The notes under the pieces: generated by a model
The model's input: the letters and a program-made list of their open reading frames with translations, nothing else
Database searches by the model: none
Told to the model about the DNA's origin: nothing
Part shown: positions 47,272-64,000 of the stretch, piece after piece
How positions within the stretch are numbered: the first letter of the stretch is position 1
Layout: each line of letters begins with the position of its first letter
Position numbers and translations under genes: made by a program
Source of the DNA: the human T2T-CHM13v2.0 reference genome, Homo sapiens
Direction: 5' to 3' (one strand)
Assembly: GCF_009914755.1 (NCBI RefSeq)
Contig: NC_060927.1
DNA: 64,000 nucleotides

Positions 47272-47682
<411 letters not shown>

Positions 47683-49581
47683 CTAAAGATAATTAAACAA
47701 GTAATTAAAGTAGCAGACATGCATTATTCAAAATGCATTTATATGATGCACTGATTCAGAATACTAAAATGAGACACAATGTGCTACTTTCAAATGACCA
47801 GCCACTCACTGAGCTGGCTGCATCGTCAAGAGGCCTATTTAAAGAGTTCGGGAATTAGGATTGTGGATGGTGAAGTAGATACAGAGACGTGATCATGGAA
47901 TACTGTACTTTTTAAACTCAAAAACATGAAAAAACACAACATAACAAAAAGACCATTCCTCTCAAGGAAACATATGAGATAAATTTTAATAAATGAAGCA
48001 AAGCCAAATTGACATTTCATAACTTGTACAACAGAAAAAAAGAAACAAGGTACCATACCAGCATGTTTAACAATTTTGGATCCAAAAAAGTGCATTGGAT
48101 TTCGTAATTTAATAAATCAGTGTGATTGAGTTCCCTGTGTCTTTTTATCTTGTAATTCTTTCTATTACAATATACATGGGAGAAAATTACCCAACTGTAA
48201 TGAATTCAAAGAAATTGGAAAATTGCCCAAATACATTGTTGTTTGGCTGATCCAAAGAGACAAGTCAAAATGATGTTCTAACTTGGCAAACACCATACTT
48301 CTCTATTGGGATTAATGGGATTGGGAATGTGCCTCTGCTAACTCCGTTACCTTAGATAATAGTTATAACATACTACGGAAAATAACAACGAGAGGCAATT
48401 TTATTATGTGTAAATACAATTAACCCTATGATTACATGAAAAAAATCTAAAATCTAAAAACTTTATCTGACATGAAGTCTTTTTTAGGGGAAAACATAGA
48501 ACAACTGTGTTGGAACTAGAATAAATCCTACATTGAAGAGGTGTTCCCATCCCCTGACTTAGGCAATTTATATGAAACTCTATAGTTTTTTTTTAATGAC
48601 TTAAAAACCAAATTTCAGAAATTTTCTTTAAATATTCAACTTGAAAATTCTGGATGTTAATGAAAAATTTTTAAAAGACACAAATGTACAAAGAAAGATT
48701 CTAAGTTGCCTGGTTAAAGAAAAGTGGTTGTCAGAGTAACTAAATTTTGGAAGCAATAATTTTCAAAGCTGGATCTGTCATGTTCCAAGCTTTATGCACC
48801 AAAGATTTTCACAAGCTGGAGTCACACTTCAATTTGCTCCTCATTTGTCATGCAATAAATATTAGTTTTGTGCATGCAAACTAAAAAAAAAAAAAGAAAA
48901 GATAAACAGGAAAGCAATGGAGTGAAATCAGCAGCTGTGCATTTCCACTCTACTCTTCCAATTCTCTTCTTTGTCTTGGTTACCAGGGTGAAATTTGCAA
49001 TATCAAGGGGTGAATTAGAAGGCTAGAGTTTGAAACTTGGCAGAAGGAATATTCTTTATAACTGATTATAATTAAGTCCAGTAGAAGAATGGTTTAAATT
49101 TGGTAGTCTTATCATATTTAGAAACAATCCAATATCTGGGAATATATTCAATGTTCTCTATCTTTATGGTTCTTTGATATTTGTATTTTATTTAGTGTCA
49201 TCCACACCTCCCCATTCCATCCCAAACCAGTTATTGATGCCATTTTTGTGGTATAATTTACAATGTATACTTAACAAAAATAAAGCAATAAAAGAAAAAG
49301 ATCAGCTCTAGCATCTGCCATATGTCTTTGGGCAAGTTCCTTAAATTCTCTAAGCCTCAGTTTTGTATTGTTTTTAAATCCATCAACTAAGCATAATAAT
49401 ATTTTTTTCTAAATAGCTCAGGCAGGGTATTGTTATGCATATTTAAATGGAACAGATAAGGGAGTGCTTGGCTAATTGCAAAAGGCTAGACATATTATGT
49501 ACTGTAGTATCACTAGTGTCCTCTTTGGTAAAAACAACAACAACAAAAAAAACTATTATGTAAATCAGAGATGAAAGATTT

Positions 49582-49898
49582 GGCCGGGCACTGGGGCTCA
49601 CGCCTGTAATCCTGCACTTTGGGTGGCCAAGTAAGGTGGATTGCTTAAGCCTAAGAGTTCAAAACCCACCTGGGTAACATGGCAAAACCCCATCTCCACA
49701 AAAATAAAAATAAAAATAAAAATAAATTAGCCGGCCATGGTGGTGTGCACCTGTAGTCCCAGCAACTTGACAGACTGAGGTGGGAGGATCACATGAGCCC
49801 AGGAGGTTAGGTCTGCAGTGGTGGACTTTGATCAGGCCACCGCACTCCAGCCTGGGTGACAGAGTGAGACCCTGTCTCAAAAAAAAAAAAAAAAAAAA
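49582..49898 (+). mobile_element. AluJ
   Basis: Full dimer, J-type diagnostics, poly-A tail. Confidence 0.92.
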
Positions 49899-50203
49899 GA
49901 GAAATATTTAAGGGTTTATTAAAGCAATTTGATGTTTCCAGGTAGAGAAATGAAAGTTTTTGATGTCATGAAGTAGAATAAAATACTCGTAAAATGTTTA
50001 CACTTACAGACACCAAAGAATGTACTGCATTTATGAGTCAAATCTTAATTTAGAAGGAGACAAACCTTATATTCAGGTCTAGGATCTTCTGTTGGAATTA
50101 TTAGAATGAATTATCCAGAAATAAAATAGGAAGTGTAAGAATCAGAAATGTTTAACAAAGTGATTAAATGCACGGACTTTGGAGTCAGAAAATGTTAGCA
50201 CCA

Positions 50204-50412
50204 TACAACAGAAATGTTCCATATCTACAACAGAAATGTTCCATATCTACTCTCTCCAATACAGTAGCCAACAGCACCAAGTGACTACTGAACATGTAAG
50301 TGTAGCTAGAGTAATTGGGGAATTGGATATGCAATTGTATTTAATTTTAAGTAATTTAAATTCAAATTTAAATAGCCCCATATGGTAAGTAGCTACCTTA
50401 TTGGAGGGTGCA
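50204..50412 (+). mobile_element. MER3-like element nested in a MIR (MIR pieces ~50160-50190 and ~50423-50590)
   Basis: MER3 core aaatgttccatatct...aaatttaaatagcc...gtagctacc; MIR motifs on both sides. Confidence 0.7.
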
Positions 50413-50659
50413 AACATGTCAGTTCTGCTACTTATCATTGTAAGTTGGGTACACATCTTCACATTCACTGCCTCAGTTTCTTCACTGGTAAAATGAGATA
50501 TGGTTAGATTTAAAATTGTTCATGTGTGAAAAGTTTCTAGTATAGTGCCTGGCCCTAGGTAAGCTTATCCTATAACTTGTTATTAGTCACTGTAGCTCAT
50601 TATTGTCAGTATAAAAATAATAGTGGTGGAGGTAGTGATGGTATAAGCAGTGTAACAGG

Positions 50660-50839
50660 TATAACAGGTGCTGTAATATATATTACAGCAGGGTTACACC
50701 ACCTGTTATAAATATATATATATATATTACAGCAAGGTTACACTACCTGTTATAAAAATATATATATAATATAAATATATAAAATATATAAAATAATATA
50801 TAATATATATAAATATATATATATTACAGCTAGGTTACA

Positions 50840-50908
<69 letters not shown>

Positions 50909-50930
50909 TATATTACAGCAGGGTTATAAA
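50660..50930. repeat. AT-rich compound minisatellite: four copies of atattacagcNNggtta separated by (TA)n
   Basis: Copies near 50680, 50724, 50821 and 50910; pure (TA)n at ~50848-50900. Confidence 0.9.
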
Positions 50931-53514
50931 AGTTTAGCTATCTTTTCCCCACATTTAGTGAAAGACTTCAAAACCCGTCCAAAATAAGGGTATATAATCA
51001 GAATGTTGTAATTTGTCACCTCAAAAATAGCGATCATGAAGTCTATGTTAATATACATAAATATATTTAGGAAATAATTTTAAGAGAAAAAGAACAGAAT
51101 ATACACACATTGATTAGTTCACGTACAAAAAGTCACATTATACACCAATAAACATCGCAGATAAAGAGCATAATTGTCATCCATTTACAAACTGCAAATA
51201 TTGTATCTTGGAAATTATAAATTTGGCTATAAAATATTATTATTCCATTTTAGAAATCAGGGAACTGAAACTCTAGAAGTTCAAGTGACTTGTCCAAATC
51301 AAGTAGTAACTGGCAAATCTTTTTTCTGTATAAAATATAACACTCTTTGCACTATGTATCTATAAATTTTGTGAGATGAATACGAATGATTTTAAATTTT
51401 ATACATTATGTAGTAATCATTAACTTTGTTTTCTTACCTTCTGATATTATAGTAAAGAGAAGAAAGATGTTCAGTTAAATAGAAGACATGAATTTGTATG
51501 TTTCTAAGTCAAATGCTATTAGGGATAGGTCACAGCTACAGTCAACACAACATTTTAAAGGCAGCTGCTACTTCTGTGCTTCATGTTTGATTCTGCCTTT
51601 GTCTTTGTTCTGTTTGCAAACAGTAAAGAAGGTCAAGAAGCTAAAGACGAATAGTATCCCCAAAGTACTCTGCCTACTAGCCATCCTCTGGACTTGCTAA
51701 TGTATAAATACCGGTATTTCCAGCACTTGCAATAATTCTAGTTTTACCCATGAAGAATGAGACCACAGTGTTAAATTGTTTTCACAATATCAATAAGCTC
51801 CAAAATAAAGCAAACAAAACTTAAAAAACAGTGCCAAAACAGCAAACACGAAATCACCTTAAAACGCCCAGAGTTTGCAGGGTGAAACAGGACATTTAGT
51901 GTTGAACTGGCTAGTAGGGAAGAATCCCAAATTCACAGATATTTAGAGATTTTGTTTTTGTTTTTTATAGTTTAATAAAAGGTCTATGCGTGATCTAGTC
52001 TCACAAATACAAGCAATTTGTGATAACGTCATGTCAGTTGGCACATGAAAACCTTTGCTTTAAATTATAATTATAAAAATTGGAGATATTTGAGACTACT
52101 TTAGCATAGGTTTCTAAAATCTTTTTTTATGTATACCTATATATAAGTTGCTTTACAAAGTTGCAATTATTAATGTGTGTATCACTCTATGTTCTAATGT
52201 CTCTATATATTGGTTATAGTAGTCATTATTGAATTCACTATATGGCTTTCACAATCATTATTTAATGGCTGTAATGTACTTAAGACATTATAAAAATATT
52301 TTAGGTCATACTAGCTTATTGGAGCCAGTACATGTATAATACGTATCATATACAGAGGTAAGAGTTTGAGCTTTTGAGAGAGACAATCCTAGTGCTCAAT
52401 ACTCACTTAACCAAAAGCTAGTTCTTTTTCCTTTTTTCTTTGTTTCATCCACTCATTAAAAAAAAAAAAAATCAGCTGGCAGCCAAGATGGCCGAATAGG
52501 AACAGCTCCAGTCTACAGCTCCCAGCGTGAGCGACGCAGAAGATGGGTGATTTCTGCATTTCTATCTGAGGTACCGGGTTCATCTCACTAGGGAGTGCCA
52601 GATAGAGGGCGCCGGTCAGTGGGTGGAGCACACAGTTCGCGAGCCGAAGCAGGGCGAGGCATTGCCTCACTCGGGAAGCGCAAGGGGTCAGGGAGTTCCC
52701 TTTCCTAGTCAAAGAAAGGGGTGACAGACGGCACCTGGAAAATCGGGTCACTCCCACCCTAATACTGTGCTTTTCCAATGGGCTTAAAAAACGGCGCACC
52801 AGGAGATTATATCCCGCACTTGGCTCGGAGGGTCCTACACCCACGGAGTCTCGCTAATTGTTAGCACAGCAGTCTGAGATCAAACTGCAAGGCGGCAGCG
52901 AGGCTGGGGGAGGGGGGCCTGCCATTGCCGAGTTAGTTGTTTGATTAGGTAAACAAAGCCACCTGGAAGCTCGAACTGGGTGGAGCCCACCACAGCTCAA
53001 GGAGGCCTGCCTGCCTCTGTAGGCTCCACCTCTGGGGGCAGGGCATAGACAAACAAAAAGACAGCAGTAACCTCTGCAGACTTAAATGTACCTGTCTGAC
53101 AGCTTTGAAGAGAGCAGTGGTTCTCCCAGCACGCAGCTGGAGATCTGAGAAAGGGCAGACTGCCTCCTCAAGTGGGTCCCTGACCCCTGACCCCCGAGCA
53201 GCCTAACTGGGAGGCACCCCCAAGTAGGGGCAGACTGACACCTCACAGGGCCGGGTACTCCTCTGAGACAAAACTTCCAGAGGAACAATCAGACAGCAGC
53301 ATTCGAGGTTCATGAAAATCCACTGTTCTGCAGCCACCGCTGCTGGTACCCAGGCAAACAGGGTCTGGAGTGGACCTCTAGCAAACTCCAACAGACCTGC
53401 AGCTGAGGGTCCTGTCTGTTAGAAGGAAAACTAACAAACAGAAAGGACATCCACACCAAAAACCCATCTATACATCACCATCATCAAAGACCAAAAGTAG
53501 ATAAAACCAGAAAG

Positions 53515-54528
53515 ATGGGGAAAAAACAGAGCAGAAAAACTGGAAACTCTAAAAAGCAGAGCACCTCTCCTCCTCCAAAGGAACGCAGTTCCTCACCAGC
53601 AACGGAACAAAGCTGGATGGAGAATGACTTTGACGAGTTGAGAGAAGAAGGCTTCAGACGATCAAACTACTCCGAGCTACACAAGGAAATTCAAACCCAA
53701 GGCAAAGAAGTTAAAAACTTTAAAAAAATTTAGACGAATGTATAACTAGAATAACCAATACAGAGAAGTGCCTAAAGGAGCTGATGGAGCTGAAAGCCAA
53801 AGCTCGAGAACTACGTGAAGAATGCAGAAGCCTCAGGAGCCGATGCGATCAACTGGAAGAAAGGGTATCAGTGATGGAAGATGAAATGAATGAAATGAAG
53901 TGAGAAGGGAAGTTTAGAGAAAAAAGAATAAAAAGAAATGAACAAAGCCTCCAAGAAATATGGGACTATGTGAAAAGACCAAATCTACGTCTGATTGGTG
54001 TACCTGAAAGTGACGGGGAGAATGGAACCAAGTTGAAAAACACTCTGCAGGATATTATCCAGGAGAACTTCCCCAATCTGGCATGGCAGGCCAACATTCA
54101 GATTCAGGAAATACAGAGAACGCCACAAATATACTCCTCGAGAAGAGCAACTCCAAGACACATAATTGTCAGATTCACCAAAGTTGAAATGAAGGAAAAA
54201 ATGTTAAGGGCAGCCAGAGAGAAAGGTCAGGTTACCCACAAAGGGAAGACCATCAGACTAACAGCGGATCTCTCGGCAGAAACCCTACAAGCCAGAAGAG
54301 AGTGGGGGCCAATATTCAACATTCTTAAAGAAAAGAATTTTCAACCCACAATTTCATATCCAGCCAAACTAAGCTTCATAAGTGAAGGAGTAATAAAATA
54401 CTTTAGACAAGCAAATGCTGAGAGATTTTGTCACCACCAGGCCTGCCCTAAAAGAGCTCCTGAAGGAAGTACTAAACGTGGAAAGGAACAACCAGTACCA
54501 GCCACTGCAAAAACATGCCAAATTGTAA
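53515..54528 (+). pseudogene. L1 ORF1p remnant
   Basis: Starts MGKKQSRK; frameshift ~53722, TGA at 53901, frameshift ~54405. Confidence 0.92.
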
Positions 54529-54576
54529 AGACCATCAAGGCTAGGAAGAAACTGCATCAACCAATGAGCAAAATAA

Positions 54577-58424
<3,848 letters not shown>

Positions 58425-58919
58425 ACAATGAGAACACATGGACACAGGAAGGGGAACATCACACTCTGGGGACTGTTGTGGGGTGGGGGGAGTGGGGAGG
58501 GATAGCATTAGGAGATATACCTAATGCTAAATGAGGAGTTAATGGGTGCAGCACAGCAGCATGGCACATGTATACATATGTAACTAACCTGCACATTGTG
58601 CACATGTACCCTAAAACTTAAAGTATAATAATAAAAAAAAAATCTATGGAGCATTTGCCACATGAGGCATTCTGGTTGGATAGTAGCAAGCATTTAATTT
58701 GACTAGAGAGACATAGGTCCTGCCTTCATGGAACTTAATGTCTAACGAAGAACATAGGAAAATAAACAGAACACAAAAACGTATAGGATGCAATCTATGT
58801 TTATACTGCAGGGGTTGGAGTATAGAACCTATATTTGAAGAGTTAGGGAATGCTTCTTGAAGGAAATGAAGCTTCACGTTGGTGGAAACAACGTGCAGAA
58901 GACTTAAGACGGAGAAGCA

Positions 58920-59250
<331 letters not shown>

Positions 59251-59393
59251 TCAGAGCTGAACCTGCAGTGGAGGCAGATAATGAATGGTAAAGCACGTTA
59301 AGGAATATACACTTTATCCTGAGAACATTAGAAAAGCAAATAATGAAACTGATGTTTTAGCAAATTCCTCCAGAACTTCTTGAAATTCAAAGA

Positions 59394-60426
59394 TATCTAC
59401 AAAAGTCCTAGCCAACATTGTATCTGGTGGTAAAATATTAAATTTTTCCCCCCTGAAGTTAGGATCAAGAAAAGTATGCCCATTACTGCCAGTTCTGCTC
59501 ACTATATTGGAGGTCACAGGCAATGTAGGACAAGTAGAAGAAATAAAATGTATAAATACTGAAGGAAAGACATAAAACTTGAAATATATATATATTGAAA
59601 AAAAGACATAAATATTGAAAGACATAAAACTGTTTTTATGTGCACCTGACACACTTTGTACATTTATGTCATGTAAAAAATATATTACATATATCAAAAA
59701 ATATATATACACACAAATATATATATTTTGATATGACTGTGTGTATATGTATATATATGTATATATATGACTGTGTATATATGTGTATATGTATATATGT
59801 ATATATGACTGTGTATATATGTGTATATATGTATATATAGTATATATGTGTGTATATGTGTATATACACATATATACAGAGTCATGTCAAAAAATTTATA
59901 TTTTTTGTTTATATATATTTGATATATAATAAATATTTTTTAATGTGACTGTGTATATATACGTATATATACACGTATATATACACACAGTAATATCAAA
60001 AAATATATATATACACAGTCACATAAAAATCATATATATTATATATAATATATAGGAATAAAATTATAATAATATAATTTTATTGTTGAATTGTATGAGC
60101 CAAGTGCTTGAATGTACAGTTGACTTTTTTATATTAACCTTGTGTCCAGCAACTTTGCTAAATTCACTCATTTTTAATAGTTTGTAGGTAGATTATTTTG
60201 AAATTTTTATGTACAAAATGTTTCAGCTGCACATAAAAACAGTTTTATGTCTTTCTTTCAATATTTATACATTTTATTTCTTTTACTTGTCCTACATTGC
60301 CTGTGACCTCCAATATAGTGAGCAGAATTGGCAATAATGGACATATTTTTCTTGATCCTAACTTCAGGGGGAAATAATTTAATATTTTACCACCAGATAC
60401 AATGTTGGCTAGGAGTTTTGTAGATA
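59394..60426. repeat. Inverted duplication of an L1M ORF2 fragment flanking a TA/TG-rich spacer
   Basis: Arm 59394-59663 is the reverse complement of arm 60209-60426, apart from a ~50-nt insert in the left arm. Confidence 0.9.
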
Positions 60427-60449
60427 CACACACACACACACACCGTCAC

Positions 60450-61830
60450 ATCAAAATCATGAAACACCTAGGTATAAATGTACCAAAATATGTGCAAAGC
60501 CTTTAGTCTTGAAACTACAAACCATTGCTGAGAGAAATTAAAGACCTAAATAATTGAGAGATACATGTGGGATATTTACTGTTTCCCTGAATTGACTCAG
60601 ATTAAGATGTTAATTCTTAAGTTATTCAACAATTTAAATAAAATCAAAATTAAATATTCAGATTTTTTTGTTTGTTTAGGGAGTGGGTGTGTACATGTGA
60701 AATTTTCACAAGTTTATTTTAAAATTTGTAAGAATATGTTGATGATCTTCAATAGCAAACTCAAAACAAGGAAAGAAAGGTGGAGACTTATACCACCAGT
60801 TTTTAAGACTTAGTATAAGCTACAATAATTAACACATATGGGCCGGGCGTGGTAGCTCATACCTATAATCCTAGCATTTTGGGTGGCATAAAATAGAATA
60901 AATAGACCAGAAATAAGCCCACAAATCTATGTTTATTGGAATTGTAATAAGATGCCACTGCAATTCAGTGGAGAAAGGATAATCTTTCCAATAAATTATG
61001 CTGGAATTATTAGTTTTCATATGGGGGAAATGAAAAGAATTTTGACTTTGAACTCATACCATACACAAAAATTAACTCAAGGTAGATAAAAAAAATTTGC
61101 ATCACAAAATATCAAAGGTGTAAATAATAAAGCTTCTAGAAGAAGACATAGAAGAATATTTTCAAGGCCTCAAGGTAGGACAGAAGAGTAAACACACTAA
61201 TCATAAAAAAAAAATGGTTTTCAGCAAAATTAATTACTTAATCCCTAAAACCATCATTAAGAGAATGACCAGGAAGAAATATTTCCAATATACATATCTG
61301 ATGAAGACTTGTATTTCAAATACATGGGAAAACAAAAAGAAATTAGTATGTATGTCCACTAAAGGCAAACCAAGATAACTGAGTGCACCTGCCCAACAAT
61401 GGACATGTACAGGAATAATGAGCTTTACTAACAAAAATCCAAAGCTGAAAATACTCCATCAATATGAGAATACATAAATAAATTGTGGTCTATTTATGAG
61501 ATGGAATACTACACAGCAACAAAAAAGAACCTAAGTGTATTTTACTGACATTATTTTGAGGCAAAAATATACACAAAAGTCTATCTACTGTATGATTTCA
61601 TTTAGCTGGATTTTAAGAATAGATAAAAGGAATCAATGATGATAAAAGTCAGAAAAGTTATTATCTCTGCTAGTGAGAGGCTTGTTGACTAGAAGAGAGT
61701 CAATGGAAGCCTTCTATGGTCTTGGAAATGTTCCATATCTTGATCGGAGTGGTCACGACATGAATAAATTCATCAAGCTGCATTAGTTTACTTACTTCAC
61801 GGCATGCGTATTATACTTCAGTTTACGTAA
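60450..61830 (+). mobile_element. Ancient L1M ORF2 end and 3' UTR
   Basis: cctaggtataaat...aactacaaaccattgctgagagaaattaaagacctaaataa; ccatacacaaaaattaactcaa; atggaatactacacagcaa. Confidence 0.75.
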
Positions 61831-63033
61831 TCGGGAAAATAAGAGTGGTCTAGAGAAACAGTATTCTAGCAACAGTAAGAAAATGTAATTTGGGGAGAAG
61901 ACCAGAAACAGGATGGAATTAGTAGGCTGTTACAATTTCACACTACAGATGACTAGCTCTGGGAGTTGATGAAGACAACTCGATGGATTAAAAAGATTAT
62001 TGAATAGATACAGAGATAAAGAAAGATGAGGAGTCAAAGATGACTCCACAGATTCTAATTTAGAAAGCAACTGCTATTATATTGATTATTTGAGTCATTA
62101 TCAGACGTTTTAAAAGATCAACAATACTGAATATATAGAGTAAGCATCTTTTATTCCTGCTTCTCTTCTTTTATTCGTGTTCCATTTTCTTCCCTGAGAG
62201 ACAGGTTGTTTCTTTCTTTAAGTGCTCTTTCATCTACTTTTTGGAATTGATAGTGAAAATATTATTCCAATCACTACAATAAATTTAGCTTCAGAAGTAA
62301 GAAATCCCTTGCCACTGTCATGGCTTTGGTTCTATTTTTAATTTGAAAAATTCTTGTAACACTTTCTTGATTGCACACACATATACTATACATGTATATA
62401 TATTTATATGTATATGAAATAAGATATGAAAGAAAAAATACATATAAATACAGAGAATAAAACATATTTATATGTGTTTTTTTCTTTTTCTTTCATCTTC
62501 TTCTCAAATTGTCACTACTGTCCATCTTACAGTTTGGAGATTTTGTTCAGCACTGTGTCCTTACAATAGGTTTGGCACTAATTGAGCATGTTTAGGGGAG
62601 TTGACAGAATGAAATCACATTGAAGAAAACTTGTTCATTATCATAAGTTGTGAGCTGTTAGGTTTAGGCTTAGGACCTAAAGATTTATCTTATGTACTAA
62701 ATTATAGAGGAAAGAGAAGAGATGGCAATTTACACTAAGATATTACAAAATATTTTTTGTTTTTCCAAAACATAGATACAGTCCTATGTGCAGCCATTTA
62801 GTATAAACTTCTCCTTAGATAATTGCTATGCTTTTATGAATCTGATTGAATGCTACAAATTTATAATACATTTAGGTTAAAATAAGAATAATTTTGAACT
62901 TATTCTATCAACACCCTTTTAGGTTTTACACTAAAATAGCCATAAAAAGGTATAAAGTTGGAAATAAATATATCTACTGGCACCCTCTCTGGATCCTAAG
63001 TCAAACTTGGACATTTTGAAATAAAATGTTTTA

Positions 63034-63213
<180 letters not shown>

Positions 63214-63570
63214 CTAGAACCCAGAAATTGGGATGGAGGAAAATAAAAATAGGTTAATTGTTAGGTTCCAATATTTTGGCACTTATGCATTTACATGTAA
63301 AAACATACATATAAAAGTATTCATACACATATGCATATGTATCCGTCTATATACACACACAAAAATGAGCTAAGTATTCTCCCATCACATGCCCACATAT
63401 ATACATGTCCATGCATGTAAATATCTACATATGTACACATATACATATACAAGGTTTAATAATCTAACCTCAAATAGGGTCATTTGAAAATTTAAGTAAC
63501 TCTCAAGATTGATACATATTTTTCTATCTGTTTTTAAGCAATATTAGATATATAAGAATATTAAGTATCC

Positions 63571-63928
<358 letters not shown>

Positions 63929-64000
63929 TCACCTGTATGTGACTACTAGGATTATTAATATTAAGACCTTTAATATATTAAAGAATTAAAATGTAAACAA

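Noticed and set aside
50660-50930. Repeat-spacer pattern resembling a CRISPR array
   Set aside because: Eukaryotic intron; spacers are (TA)n of variable length; no cas genes.
58478-58502. G-quadruplex-like G-run cluster
   Set aside because: Standard feature of the L1 3' UTR, not locus-specific.

Overview
Primate (almost certainly human, 3p12) genomic DNA lying entirely inside ROBO1 on the minus strand. Seventeen consecutive coding exons (63213 down to 4614) were located by translation and splice-site phase arithmetic. They join into one uninterrupted frame matching the ROBO1 protein as I recall it, from the second half of Ig4 through Ig5, three FN3 domains, the TM helix and cytoplasmic motifs CC0-CC2. 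The set includes a 27-nt microexon and a GC-AG intron. The introns hold a full-length but inactivated L1PA3/4 antisense to the gene, about a dozen Alus, THE1/MLT1/ERVL-type LTRs, MER3/MER58A/MER82 DNA transposons, L2/MIR/L3/L1M relics and AT/GT microsatellites. I see no evidence of a new gene system. The best leads are regulatory or structural: L1 antisense-promoter donors that would create an in-frame ATG when spliced to the next ROBO1 exon, a ~95%-identical inverted duplication forming a long pre-mRNA hairpin, a motif-rich microexon with a stop-introducing alternative acceptor, an in-frame internal acceptor that deletes CC0, and a near-consensus CTCF site. Repeat subfamily names come from recalled consensus sequences, not from a search.
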